A stretch of 64,000 bases of DNA from Bdellovibrionaceae bacterium UBA3535. GTDB taxonomy: Bacteria; Bdellovibrionota; Bdellovibrionia; Bdellovibrionales; UBA840. The DNA is taken from NCBI GenBank assembly GCA_002376845.1, contig DFOS01000026.1:130327-194326 (forward strand), written 5' to 3'. Below, one piece after another: positions 8,706-18,560 of the stretch. Below the pieces are notes generated by a model. It ran no database searches, had not been told where the DNA came from, and saw nothing but the letters and a program-made list of their open reading frames with translations. Both the position numbers and the translations under genes were made by a program. How positions within the stretch are numbered: position 1 is the first letter of the stretch; the number at the start of each line of letters is the position of its first letter.

Positions 8706-9364
8706 AACTCAAAGACGGTGCCGGCAGCTATATAAGTGCCAGAAAATTGGCCTGTAGATGTTAAGAAAACATGATTATTTAATCCTACCTCAAACATGAA
8801 GCCCACATTTTCAATTACATTGAAAAAACGCGCTCCCGCAAGGATGGTATAATCAAAAGATAATTTGGATTCATCGTCCGTTTGATCAAGAAAAACACCC
8901 AGGCCAATGCCGCCGCCAAAATACAAGGGAAAATCGCTGCGGGCATCGGGAAACGAGAATATCGGCATCAAAGAAAGTTTCGTCGTGTCACTACCATTGA
9001 TTTCTACGATATCAAATGCCGCCCGAAACATTAGGTCCGAGGAATAGGACCACTCTCCCAAACGATAGGTCACGCCCAAATTGTACTTTCCCTCATTATC
9101 CGGGCTTTTCACTCCCCAATTATGAATGTCACTATCTACGTAAGGAGCGATGTGAAGAGCCAAAAAGCGATCTTCACCGCCTCCCCAAATGGATGGGCCA
9201 GTAGCTTTTTTCTGTGCACGGATGTATTCATCGGCAGCCTTTTTACCCGTAGGAATCTGCTTGGTCTCGGAGGGCTGGCCTCTATCGTCCACCAAGACTT
9301 TCTGCCCATGTGCGACGCTTACCGAAATAAAAACAACAATGAAAGAAAGAAATGTCGCTCGCAT
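8702..9364 (-). CDS. Small outer-membrane beta-barrel protein
   Basis: Start at MRATFLSFIVVFISVSVAHG (signal peptide). Alternating amphipathic strands and a C-terminal ...AAGTVFEF ending in Phe. 4-nt overlap with the downstream methyltransferase gene. Confidence 0.6.
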   Translation of the reverse strand: MRATFLSFIVVFISVSVAHGQKVLVDDRGQPSETKQIPTGKKAADEYIRAQKKATGPSIWGGGEDRFLALHIAPYVDSDIHNWGVKSPDNEGKYNLGVTYRLGEWSYSSDLMFRAAFDIVEINGSDTTKLSLMPIFSFPDARSDFPLYFGGGIGLGVFLDQTDDESKLSFDYTILAGARFFNVIENVGFMFEVGLNNHVFLTSTGQFSGTYIAAGTVFEF

Positions 9365-9380
9365 AAATACCTCTTTAATC

Positions 9381-9409
9381 TTGACCACTAGTAGAAAAGG
9401 CCATAAATT
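9381..9409 (+). promoter_or_regulatory. Candidate sigma-70 promoter for nrdR
   Basis: TTGACC (9381-9386), 17-nt spacer, TAAATT (9404-9409), about 37 nt upstream of the nrdR ATG. Confidence 0.35.
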
Positions 9410-9445
9410 CGCTCCAATATAACACTAAATATGGCGGTATAGTCA

Positions 9446-9937
9446 ATGAAATGCCCTAAATGCGGAAATTTTGATAACAAAGTTTTAGACACCCGTGTGC
9501 AATCCGATGGTGATATCATTCGTCGACGCCGGGAGTGCAACGAGTGTTTTTACCGCTTTACCACGCAGGAGTCTTTACTGCGTGTTTTTCCCGCAGTTAT
9601 AAAAAAAGATGGACGCAAAGAATCTTTTAGCAAGCTCAAACTTCTGACAGGGATGCAGGCCGCCTGTCAAAAACGCCCCATTTCTTTGGCACAGATGGAA
9701 CAGCTTGTAGAAACCATTGTGAAAGATGTACTGGAGCACCCTAGCAAAGAAGTAAGCAGTGATGAGCTCGGGAAAATGGTCATGAATCAATTAAAGTATT
9801 TAGATGATGTGGCCTTTGTTCGCTTTGCCAGTGTTTATCGAAACTTCGATGATATTAAAGAGTTTATTGAAACACTTCAAAAAGAAGAGGGGGATAAAAC
9901 TAAGGACACGGCCACTGCGCCTGAAGCTTCCATTTAA
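9446..9937 (+). CDS. nrdR: Transcriptional repressor NrdR
   Basis: N-terminal zinc ribbon MKCPKCG...CNECFYRFTT plus an ATP-cone region. Confidence 0.9.
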   Translation: MKCPKCGNFDNKVLDTRVQSDGDIIRRRRECNECFYRFTTQESLLRVFPAVIKKDGRKESFSKLKLLTGMQAACQKRPISLAQMEQLVETIVKDVLEHPSKEVSSDELGKMVMNQLKYLDDVAFVRFASVYRNFDDIKEFIETLQKEEGDKTKDTATAPEASI

Positions 9938-9948
9938 GGAGTATGTAC

Positions 9949-10356
9949 ATGGGTGTGCGCCGTAAATCTCGCGAATTAGCTCTACAAATATTATTTCAAG
10001 AAAACTTTAATCCTGACATTAATATGGAGCAATCCTTAGCTTTATATCGAGAGAGCTTCGACACTTCTCCTGAAGTATGGGAATATACAAAAATTTTGGT
10101 GCGAGGTGTTCGCGATCATATTGCCGAGATTGATCAATGCATCCAAGCCTATTCTCCAAATTGGAAATTGCAGCGAATGGCCGTTGTGGACAAGAGCCTG
10201 CTACGGATCGCTTGCTTTGAAATTAAATTTTTAGATCGCGACGTGCCACCAAAAGTGGTTATCAATGAAGCTATCGAAATTGGACGAAAGTATTCCAGTG
10301 AAGACTCCCCGTCCTTTTTAAATGCTATTTTAGATAATATTGCCAAAAACCGCTAG
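9949..10356 (+). CDS. nusB: Transcription antitermination factor NusB
   Basis: RRKSRELALQILFQ is a NusB signature. The ATG at 9949 has better spacing to AGGAG (9937-9941) than the track start at 9943. Confidence 0.85.
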   Translation: MGVRRKSRELALQILFQENFNPDINMEQSLALYRESFDTSPEVWEYTKILVRGVRDHIAEIDQCIQAYSPNWKLQRMAVVDKSLLRIACFEIKFLDRDVPPKVVINEAIEIGRKYSSEDSPSFLNAILDNIAKNR

Positions 10357-10385
10357 AACTACACACATTGCAGCAATATCCATAG

Positions 10386-10895
10386 GTGGACATTCCCTCT
10401 GCTAAGTCCTATGATTTTGGTATGCAAATCGAAGAGTTGCCAAACAATATGGTCTATAAAGAGGGTTCAGAATTCTGGGTGGCTGCTGACAAGGCTCATT
10501 CCTCTTGGGCACATAAATTGGATTGGTACATTAATTTTTTGATAGCCAAAGTTTCGCAAGTGAAACGCCAAGAGCTGTCGCCAGAATTGCAAACCATTCT
10601 TTCTGAAGAGCAAATTGAGGCACCCAAAAATATACATTTTGAAAAGCCAAATTTATACTTGGCCACTCGTCAATTTTTGCCAAACCAGGCACTTATGATC
10701 ATACCTTATTTTGAAAACAATATTCCTTGGCTAGAAGAGCTGGAGCGTGTGTGGCTGGACTTAGGAAAACCTAGCTTGCGAGTCTTTTTGCCAAAAGGCA
10801 TGCAAAAAGAAAGTTTTATCGAATTTGCAAGCAAGCACTTAGAGGGTGAGGTTACATTTGTCTGTGAAACCACTCACCCTGCCTACGCGCAGTAA
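10386..10895 (+). CDS. Hypothetical protein
   Basis: 169-aa ORF downstream of nusB with no recognisable motifs. Start is uncertain (GTG at 10386 or ATG at 10422). Confidence 0.45.
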   Translation: MDIPSAKSYDFGMQIEELPNNMVYKEGSEFWVAADKAHSSWAHKLDWYINFLIAKVSQVKRQELSPELQTILSEEQIEAPKNIHFEKPNLYLATRQFLPNQALMIIPYFENNIPWLEELERVWLDLGKPSLRVFLPKGMQKESFIEFASKHLEGEVTFVCETTHPAYAQ

Positions 10896-10904
10896 TTTTA
10901 TATC

Positions 10905-12989
10905 TCAATAAGGCATGCCCAGAACCTCATAGAGGTAATTGTAAGTTAGAGCCTTGATCGTTGCAGACTGCTTGTTGTTGGCAGCCCCAGCATGCCCACC
11001 TTCTGTATTTTCATAATAATATACCTTTTGCCCCATGTCCTCTAAACGCGCCGTCATCTTACGAGCATGGCCAGGATGCACACGATCATCTTTTGTTGAG
11101 GTCCATATTAAGGCCTTCGGATACTTAGGGCTGCTTTTAATATTATGATAGGGTGAATACTTAGAGATAAATTCCCAGTCCTCATCAATGTCTGGATTGC
11201 CGTACTCCCCCATCCAAGAGTGACCAGCTAATAGCTTGTTATATCGTTTCATATCTAGTAGCGGCACAGCTATAACCACACCTGAAAATAGATCCGGTCT
11301 TTGCGTTAAAGCCACACCCGTTAGCAGACCGCCATTAGATCCGCCACGAACGGCTAGCTTGGCAGATGAACTTATTTTTTTCGCAATTAAGTCCTCTGCC
11401 ACTGCATACAAATCATTAAAAGCATTTTGTCGCTTATGTCTTTGTGCAGCCTTATGCCAGCGCGGCCCATATTCCCCTCCGCCTCGGATGTTCGCCAATA
11501 CAAAAACACCGCCTTTTTCTAACCATAGCTTGCCATCACTTGCCAAATAATAAGGTAAACGAGAAACCATAAAGCCGCCATAGGCGTTAATCAATGTTGG
11601 ATTGCTACCGTCAAGGGGTATGTCTTTTGCCGCCACCATAAAATAGGGAATTTTCTCACCATCTTTGGATGTTGCAAAATATTGTTTCACCTCATATTTA
11701 CTTGCATCGAATTTTGGCTGCAAGTCTTGCAAAAGAAAGGATTCATTGGATTTTAAATCATAGCGATACAAACTTGTAGGCCGCAAAAAGCCCTCTACCT
11801 CTAATAGTAGGTAATCATAGAAACGAGAGCTCCAAACTATGGATGTCTTTGCCATTTGCACCGGTAGCATAAGGCTTGTAGAGCTCCATTCATTGTTACT
11901 TCTTTGTAGCCGAAGTATCTTAGGCTTTACATCTTCTAAAATCTCTAAAAGCAATTGGGATTTGGTTTGCTCTAAGGAGGTAACTGCCTGTTGGCTATTA
12001 GGGCGAAATACCAATTCGGCTCGAATCTCGTCTTGCAGTATCTTTTCAACATCAATAGCAATTAGATCACCAGATAGAAATTCTACACCGCCAATAAAAC
12101 CATCCTCTCTTACAGAATAAAAGGATTGCCCCTTGTAAAAGCCTTTGTATTCAAGATATTGCGGTAAATTATATTGCTTCAGAGTTTTTGTTTTTAAATT
12201 GTAGTCAAAATAATTTTCTTTGTACCAAACGGGAATTTGCACAATGGTGAGTTTATCCTCTTCATAGTGGTAATCCACATCAATAAATAAATCATCTTTG
12301 GAGGTTTCCAAGATTGTGTCTGCCTCTTGTAGTTTTTGGCCACGCCTCCATAATTTTAAAATTCGCGGGTAACCAGATTTATTTAATGAGTCTTCACCAA
12401 AATCACTTGCAACCGTGATTCTATTCTCGTCAATCCAATTCACCCAAGATTTGGCTTCTTTCAACTCGAAACCACCGCGTACAAACTCCTTTTTCTCTAA
12501 ATCAAATTCTCGAACTACCACGGCATCTTTGCCTCCGCGAGATAGCTGAACCAAGGCACGGCGGGCATGTTTTTCTTCTACATGAACACCTTTATAAACC
12601 CAATTTTCATTTTCTTGTTCTGCTAGCTCGTCAATATTCAGAAGAATCTCCCAATTGCTACGATTAGCAAAAAAATCCTCTACGGGCATACGGCGCCAAA
12701 GACCTCTTTCATTTTGTTCATCTCGCCAAAAATTATAAGCCATATTTTTTCGAATACTAACGTAGGTGATTCGGTCCTTGTCATTTAAGACCTGTAAGGT
12801 AGATTCGTAGTCTTTTTGGAATTGCGGCTTCAGCTTAAAATGCCCCAGAGACTTTTGATTATGCTCTTCTGCAAATTCTAAAGCTTTTTTACCTTGAATG
12901 TCCTCTAAATACATAAATGGGTCCTTGGCACATGTATGTTGCGTTACAAAAAAACTAAAAACCAGGATCATTGGCAAAATGATTTTCAT
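10905..12989 (-). CDS. Prolyl oligopeptidase family (S9A) serine peptidase, exported
   Basis: Start at MKIILPMILVFSFF, preceded by GGAGG. Catalytic GGSNGGLL, C-terminal DDRVHPGHARKM and EGGHAG. N-terminal beta-propeller-length region. Confidence 0.85.
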   Translation of the reverse strand: MKIILPMILVFSFFVTQHTCAKDPFMYLEDIQGKKALEFAEEHNQKSLGHFKLKPQFQKDYESTLQVLNDKDRITYVSIRKNMAYNFWRDEQNERGLWRRMPVEDFFANRSNWEILLNIDELAEQENENWVYKGVHVEEKHARRALVQLSRGGKDAVVVREFDLEKKEFVRGGFELKEAKSWVNWIDENRITVASDFGEDSLNKSGYPRILKLWRRGQKLQEADTILETSKDDLFIDVDYHYEEDKLTIVQIPVWYKENYFDYNLKTKTLKQYNLPQYLEYKGFYKGQSFYSVREDGFIGGVEFLSGDLIAIDVEKILQDEIRAELVFRPNSQQAVTSLEQTKSQLLLEILEDVKPKILRLQRSNNEWSSTSLMLPVQMAKTSIVWSSRFYDYLLLEVEGFLRPTSLYRYDLKSNESFLLQDLQPKFDASKYEVKQYFATSKDGEKIPYFMVAAKDIPLDGSNPTLINAYGGFMVSRLPYYLASDGKLWLEKGGVFVLANIRGGGEYGPRWHKAAQRHKRQNAFNDLYAVAEDLIAKKISSSAKLAVRGGSNGGLLTGVALTQRPDLFSGVVIAVPLLDMKRYNKLLAGHSWMGEYGNPDIDEDWEFISKYSPYHNIKSSPKYPKALIWTSTKDDRVHPGHARKMTARLEDMGQKVYYYENTEGGHAGAANNKQSATIKALTYNYLYEVLGMPY

Positions 12990-13161
12990 GGAGGTCCTCC
13001 CTTCAGGCTTAGTAACAAAAAATGCATACAAAGGCTACGAATTGTTAACAAGCTAACACCTGCGTAGCAAAATACGGCACCTCTCGTAATATGGGCCTCT
13101 AATGCCATTATATTGGTTCTGACAGGCCTTGAATTTGCTCTTTAAATGGTTGGAGGAAATT

Positions 13162-13899
13162 ATGTACAAACTTTTACTTGCCCTGAGCCTAGCATTTAGC
13201 AGCCAAGCGATGGCCAGTCTTGCCTTTCAGATTGATTTTAGCTGGCAAGATCAAATCCGCGGCCAAGAGAATATGACTTACGATAGAAGCGAATATTACA
13301 ATAGCTTTGGCCAAGACAGCTTTTCTTGCATCAATAAACATTTACGTAATTTGCACAACGAGGAATTGATTCAGGCCTATAACCATCATTACGAACAGAC
13401 ACAGAACACTTTGAACATTGGCCTAAATCTTAAAGTATCCAATACGCAACCAAACTACTGTGACTTGAATCCAGCCATTGACTGCTCCTCTACGAAAGGA
13501 TTTAAGAAGCCCTCCTCGCAACTAAGCGTATCCATTAACGGAGACTTGATTCAGATGTTATCAATAGATGAGATTCATGATCACCAGGACTTTTGCGGAA
13601 GGAACTGGAAGAAAAATCAAGAAAACTTGCAACGTAGTATCTTGCATTACCTCAAAAACCAAGAGGCAAAAAATTTACTGCGTCAACGCTTGGAGAAACC
13701 AGGAGTAAAAGTTTTTTCCGAGCAGGAAGCTAGAGAAAATGCTCTTAAGAACGGCTATAATATGGATATTAGCTCTCAACAGGCACTGGAAGGAATCGTT
13801 GGTGTTTATTCTTACCCAGAAGCCAGCGATGTGGGCTTAAACGAATTTGCCGTAATTGATATTCCAAAACAAGAATCACACAACCCGGCAGCACGATAA
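13162..13899 (+). CDS. Secreted hypothetical protein (Cys-containing)
   Basis: GGAGG RBS. Signal peptide MYKLLLALSLAFSSQAMA. No recognisable domain. Confidence 0.55.
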   Translation: MYKLLLALSLAFSSQAMASLAFQIDFSWQDQIRGQENMTYDRSEYYNSFGQDSFSCINKHLRNLHNEELIQAYNHHYEQTQNTLNIGLNLKVSNTQPNYCDLNPAIDCSSTKGFKKPSSQLSVSINGDLIQMLSIDEIHDHQDFCGRNWKKNQENLQRSILHYLKNQEAKNLLRQRLEKPGVKVFSEQEARENALKNGYNMDISSQQALEGIVGVYSYPEASDVGLNEFAVIDIPKQESHNPAAR

Positions 13900-13910
13900 T
13901 CCATTAAGAA

Positions 13911-14747
13911 TTAGAACAACTCTTCAGACTTCAATCCCATTCGGCGAGAAACCACCCGGACAATCTCCGCGGCGGTTTCTTCAAGAGCTCTTTCGGTAAC
14001 ATCAAAGACTGGCCAACGCTTGTTCTTTTTAAAGATTTCATTGGCGTACTCAATCTCATCGTGGATTTGTTGCAAAGAAGCATAATCACTACCAGGATCT
14101 TGCTGAAACTTTTCTAGACGATTGCGCCGAATTTTTGAGAGTTTTTCGCGATCAATGGTAAGGCCAATGATCTTTTTTTGGTCGACGTTTTTTAGTTCTT
14201 CTGGTAGCGGCACCCCTAAAACTAAAGGAATATTCGCCACCTTCCAGCCCTTGTGAGACAAAAAAATGGAAAGTGGGGTTTTGGAGGTACGAGAAATACC
14301 AACCAAAATAATATCTGCCTGGTTAAGCTCTCGCAAATCCTTACCATCATCGTGCTTTACAGTAAACTCGATGGCGGAAATACGCTTAAAGTAGGTGTCA
14401 TCTACCACACGCAAAAGTCCAGCCTCTTTTTCACTACTAACCTTATTAAAAAAAGTATCCAACGCCTGAAACAGCGGACTTAATAAATCAATGGCAATGA
14501 TCCCCTCTGCCATAGCCATATCGCGTATTTTCTTTTTTAGACTTTCGCTCACAACGGTATAAATCAGAAAACCATCTTTTTCTTTAATCTCAGATATCAA
14601 ACGATCTACCTGCATTTCGGTACGCACATTTTTACAACGAATGATATTGAAATCAAATTCACTGTAATGAACTAGCGCAGCTTTGATTAGCGATGTGGCC
14701 GTTTCCCCTGTGCCGTCAGATAAAATAAAGATATGGGCTTTTTTCAT
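13911..14747 (-). CDS. ppsR: PpsR/PdrP-type bifunctional kinase-pyrophosphorylase (PEP synthase / pyruvate phosphate dikinase regulatory protein, DUF299)
   Basis: 278 aa. P-loop-like GISRTSKTPLS and the N-terminal FILSDGTGETA motif typical of this family. Confidence 0.8.
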   Translation of the reverse strand: MKKAHIFILSDGTGETATSLIKAALVHYSEFDFNIIRCKNVRTEMQVDRLISEIKEKDGFLIYTVVSESLKKKIRDMAMAEGIIAIDLLSPLFQALDTFFNKVSSEKEAGLLRVVDDTYFKRISAIEFTVKHDDGKDLRELNQADIILVGISRTSKTPLSIFLSHKGWKVANIPLVLGVPLPEELKNVDQKKIIGLTIDREKLSKIRRNRLEKFQQDPGSDYASLQQIHDEIEYANEIFKKNKRWPVFDVTERALEETAAEIVRVVSRRMGLKSEELF

Positions 14748-15262
14748 TTACATACAAATGCTTTTAATAAAAATTCGTGTACTTCCTCAGCCAAATAGCG
14801 AATAATGACTTTTGGAAATTCAGAAAATAGAATAAAAGCATAATCAGCGCAAGGTCTAAATAATAAAGCATTTGCCTCTTTAGAAAAGTAGGGTAATTCC
14901 AACTGCTCAATGCTATGAAATCCCCTAGGCCCAACACGCAAAACCTGATCCATTCGACTTTCTGGAAGAATCATTTTATAAGTAGGAACTTCTTCCTTTT
15001 CTCCATGAGCAAATTTATCTACAAGCGTCCACTCATCACCGCTTCGACGAAATAGAAGCCCCGCCTCAAAATTTTCCACCAATGCTTCAAAAGAAATTTT
15101 GGCGCGCTCTTCTTCTGTGGCATTTAGGTAAGTGATTGTACGTGTTTTTTCACTTAACTCTGAGGATGCTTCGAAATACTGCGTCCAGTCTTTTTCATTT
15201 TCCAAAAGCAAGTCTTCAATATTGTCCAATCCACTCTTAATCCACTTCTCAATTTGCAGCAT
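14744..15262 (-). CDS. Hypothetical protein co-transcribed with ppsR
   Basis: AAGGAGAG RBS. 172 aa. The stop overlaps the ppsR start (ATGA). No recognisable domain. Confidence 0.55.
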   Translation of the reverse strand: MLQIEKWIKSGLDNIEDLLLENEKDWTQYFEASSELSEKTRTITYLNATEEERAKISFEALVENFEAGLLFRRSGDEWTLVDKFAHGEKEEVPTYKMILPESRMDQVLRVGPRGFHSIEQLELPYFSKEANALLFRPCADYAFILFSEFPKVIIRYLAEEVHEFLLKAFVCK

Positions 15263-15433
15263 GGGTTCTCTCCTTCAGACTTAATCAGTATAAAGGATCG
15301 GCGGCGAAAGTGTTTCAGGATTAAAGTAAACGGCAAGAATTCTTCTCTTATGTTTAGGAAGCTTTTTCCACATTGAAAAAAAAGGCAAAATCTTCCCAGC
15401 GCATGGGCTTAAGACTTTCGCTATGTCTAGGTA

Positions 15434-16339
15434 CTAATCCAAGCCGTTTTGCTGCTTGAGGATATTTAAAAAGACCTCGACCGTTTTCATATTACGCTGT
15501 GTTTTAGAAAAGTAACAAACCAAGTTCATGGGGTAGGAAAAATCCTCAATAAGAACCCGCTTCATACGATTGGTTTGTACCTGTTTTTTAATGGAGTGAG
15601 CCGGCAAAAAGCCCCAACCCAATCCAGCTTCAATGATTCTTTTTAATGAACCAACATTGGATGACTCAAACACAGGTCTAATACTGACGTTATGGCGCTT
15701 AAGCTCTTTTTCTAAGGTATGGGAGAAACCCGGAAATTCTTTACCTAATTGTACCACTGGGCGACTAGCAAAATCTTTAATCGCAATACGGCCTGGATAA
15801 TCTAGACTTTTAGAGCTGGCAACAAGCCACATCTCATCGCGACCAATAAACTCCCCATCCTTATTTAGGGGGGCTCCGCCAAACTCGTTCTCTGCATCAG
15901 GTAGAATGGCCACGTCGATTTCTTCTTGCTCAAGAGCTCGCAACATATCACTGCCCTGACCATAGGAAAGACTCAAGCTTACGGTATCATTGTTTTTTAA
16001 AAATATGGAAAAAACAGGAGAAACCATATGCAAACCTATCGAGTTCAAAGTGCCTACCCGCAAGGTACCGGCAACCTCTTCCCCCATAGACTGAATGGCA
16101 AGCTCCGCTTGTTTGGCCAGCTGAATGATGCGAGAAGCATAGTCATAGAGCAGGGTTCCTTGCGGTGTGGCTTTCGTGCGGCGAGATCCTCGCACCAAAA
16201 GATTCACCCCAAGGTCCTCTTCCAGTTGTCGAATCTGCTGACTCACCGCTGGTTGGGTCAAAAATAGTTTTTGGGCAGCTGAGGTCATACTCCCCTCTTT
16301 GATAACGGCGCAAAATGTATGTAACTGTTGCAGGTTCAT
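15434..16339 (-). CDS. LysR-family transcriptional regulator
   Basis: Start at MNLQQLHTFCAVIKEGSMTSAAQKLFLTQPAVSQQIRQLE (canonical LysR wHTH), followed by a substrate-binding domain. Confidence 0.85.
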   Translation of the reverse strand: MNLQQLHTFCAVIKEGSMTSAAQKLFLTQPAVSQQIRQLEEDLGVNLLVRGSRRTKATPQGTLLYDYASRIIQLAKQAELAIQSMGEEVAGTLRVGTLNSIGLHMVSPVFSIFLKNNDTVSLSLSYGQGSDMLRALEQEEIDVAILPDAENEFGGAPLNKDGEFIGRDEMWLVASSKSLDYPGRIAIKDFASRPVVQLGKEFPGFSHTLEKELKRHNVSIRPVFESSNVGSLKRIIEAGLGWGFLPAHSIKKQVQTNRMKRVLIEDFSYPMNLVCYFSKTQRNMKTVEVFLNILKQQNGLD

Positions 16340-16485
16340 TACTACTCCTATGGGACTTAGTTTAGCATAAAAATTACTAATACCAAGCAAAGACAACGAA
16401 GTATTATGTAACAGCTATCCCGACGAAAATCTAGCTAGTTTTTTTCTGGCTGACCCTCTTAGCAATCCATTAATAGAATGATTTT

Positions 16486-17205
16486 ATGTACTTACTATTT
16501 AGCCTTTTCCTCATGCTTGCACCCGCCGAAGCCAAACTCTTTCAGAACTCCTATGTAAAATTTGAACTGCCTGATAATTGGCAATGCCAAATGCAGCAAA
16601 CCGAATGGATATGCAGAAGTAGCAATCGGCAATCCGCACGCGAGGCCATCATCATATTGACGGCCAAAGAAGTTTCCCCGCAGGACACCCTAACCAATTA
16701 CGAAAACTATTTACGCAAGCCCAAAGTTTCGGTGAACTCGAAGGGCAAGAGCATTCCAGCCACCTTAAAAAAATTAGAAACACGAAAAATTAAAAATATG
16801 GAATGGGTAGATGGCTTGCTTCTTGGCAGCGAAATCCCTAATTTTTATACTCGCTATTTGGCTACGGTGAAATCGAAGGTGGCCGTGCTAGTTACATTCA
16901 CGGCCCACCAAAGACACTATACCAAATACTCCCGCGATTTTTTTCAAGCAATTGAATCCCTAGAGGTAGTTGCAACGGATGCGCTACTAAACCGTAGCAA
17001 TACATTGCGAGGAGCTGGTACTGGCAGCTTAATTAGCAGTGATATGGGCGGCATTATACCTCCTGATATGCTCGAGGAGGGGGAATGTTTCGAAGGCGAA
17101 GATTGCTACGAGGATGCCTCTGCCAGCAATGAGTGGCTCGATTACGCCTTGGTTGTCTCGCTACTGCTGCTCGCAGTGGGCGCCTATATGGTATTAAAGA
17201 AATAG
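16486..17205 (+). CDS. Exported protein with C-terminal TM anchor, unknown function
   Basis: N-terminal hydrophobic leader MYLLFSLFLMLAPAEA. Acidic Cys-containing segment EEGECFEGEDCYED. C-terminal TM ALVVSLLLLAVGAYMVL. Confidence 0.5.
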   Translation: MYLLFSLFLMLAPAEAKLFQNSYVKFELPDNWQCQMQQTEWICRSSNRQSAREAIIILTAKEVSPQDTLTNYENYLRKPKVSVNSKGKSIPATLKKLETRKIKNMEWVDGLLLGSEIPNFYTRYLATVKSKVAVLVTFTAHQRHYTKYSRDFFQAIESLEVVATDALLNRSNTLRGAGTGSLISSDMGGIIPPDMLEEGECFEGEDCYEDASASNEWLDYALVVSLLLLAVGAYMVLKK

Positions 17206-17242
17206 TCGTTGAATTTTAAATGAAAGAGTTTATTTTTTATCT

Positions 17243-17539
17243 ATGGAATTTTTAGAATTACTTGCCAAAGCTGCCGGACTTAGCCCTACCACCTTGCTCA
17301 TCCTTGGCTTTATAGCCTGTCTTGCTTTTCTACTTGCTCTGCGGGAGTTCGCCACTTGGTATCTACGTATTTTTCAGGTGCAAAAATCCTTGCAAGCCGT
17401 GCAGGAAGACTTAGAAAAGACTCGAGAAGATCTGCAAAATTTACGCGTGCAACTAGCTAGCCAAGAGCCCTCCAAAGCACAGCCAGTAGCCGCGCCCCAG
17501 GATACCTCCAAAAAAGATCGCTTTACCCTTTCCCACTAA
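17243..17539 (+). CDS. Small single-pass membrane protein with coiled-coil segment
   Basis: TM LLILGFIACLAFLLAL, then a heptad-like QKSLQAVQEDLEKTREDLQNLRVQL. No clear RBS. Confidence 0.4.
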   Translation: MEFLELLAKAAGLSPTTLLILGFIACLAFLLALREFATWYLRIFQVQKSLQAVQEDLEKTREDLQNLRVQLASQEPSKAQPVAAPQDTSKKDRFTLSH

Positions 17540-17634
17540 GCCGCGAAAAAGGCAGTGAACACTTTTTACAAATTGCAATTTCATCTGGCCTATTCTTGAG
17601 ACTTGCCTTATTATCCGGCACTCAAGGAGACCCC

Positions 17635-18462
17635 ATGAAGCCTATTTTTCTTCTAATAAGTAGTTTTTTATTCTCCCTTTCCTTACACGCCTTAGAAGGC
17701 GCCTGGCAGGGCACCTATAAAGACCCAAAGAAAACTGCGTCCTTTACTCTGATTGTAGAAGCAAATGGCTCTGCCACATATTATGATGATTCCTCCGTTG
17801 GTCCGTACTGTAAGGGCCAAGTGGCCAGCACCAAGCGATTCGTTAGCTTGAACTTCACCTGCGATAAAAAAGTGAGTGGCGGCATTTTCACCGCCACCAA
17901 AGAACTTCGACTAGAAATTTATAGTGAGCCTAATGAGTTGATGCAAAACTTAGGACTCATGGAAGTGGAAGTAAAATCCAATGCCATGGGCCGCAATACA
18001 ATGCTCATTCAAAAAGTACCAGAGATCAGCTATGGCTCCCTCCACCTGCGCCCTACGGTATTTGACGCCACCATTGCCTTGTATCAATACGACCAATTTA
18101 GAGGGAATATGCAGGTGCAACTGCACAAGTCTTCGAGTTTAGAAGTGGCTTCTGGTGAATTGCGCTTTCCACGCAACTACTATGTTTTTGGGCGCAAGGA
18201 AGAAATTCGTGAAGATGGTTTACCTTACTACCTATCTCGCTTTGGCTCCTACAAGTTTGACGAAAATTTTCTTGTCTTCGAGGTTCGTGACGACAACGAG
18301 AAAAGACTGGAATTAGCTTTGGACCTGAGCTCTATTGATAAGGAGAATGTCTACTTATTTAACGATGGCAATTTACCAAAAAGCGTGGAACTAAAAAGAA
18401 TCCCCGCCAAAATTAATGGGCAAGACATTGAGGTAGAGATTTACCCTCCCGCGCTGTTCTAA
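17635..18462 (+). CDS. Secreted hypothetical protein
   Basis: GGAG RBS. Signal peptide MKPIFLLISSFLFSLSLHA. No recognisable domain. Confidence 0.55.
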   Translation: MKPIFLLISSFLFSLSLHALEGAWQGTYKDPKKTASFTLIVEANGSATYYDDSSVGPYCKGQVASTKRFVSLNFTCDKKVSGGIFTATKELRLEIYSEPNELMQNLGLMEVEVKSNAMGRNTMLIQKVPEISYGSLHLRPTVFDATIALYQYDQFRGNMQVQLHKSSSLEVASGELRFPRNYYVFGRKEEIREDGLPYYLSRFGSYKFDENFLVFEVRDDNEKRLELALDLSSIDKENVYLFNDGNLPKSVELKRIPAKINGQDIEVEIYPPALF

Positions 18463-18560
18463 GCATTATGCAGCCCATCTACTAGTTGACATTCTTATAG
18501 GTCGGCATACACCCAAAAAGACATAGCCGCTTTTCGGACAGGACATGCGGAAAAGGTAGC

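Noticed and set aside
16357-16380. TTAGT-N14-ACTAA dyad upstream of the LysR gene as a possible LysR box
   Set aside because: It has only 5-bp arms in very AT-rich DNA and the spacing does not fit the classical T-N11-A. This is not distinguishable from chance.
18527-18560. Possible terminator hairpin (CTTTTC...GAAAAG) between the convergent 17635..18462 gene and fliL
   Set aside because: It has only a 6-bp AT-rich stem with a 14-nt loop, and the U-tract is displaced by about 9 nt. This is too weak to call.
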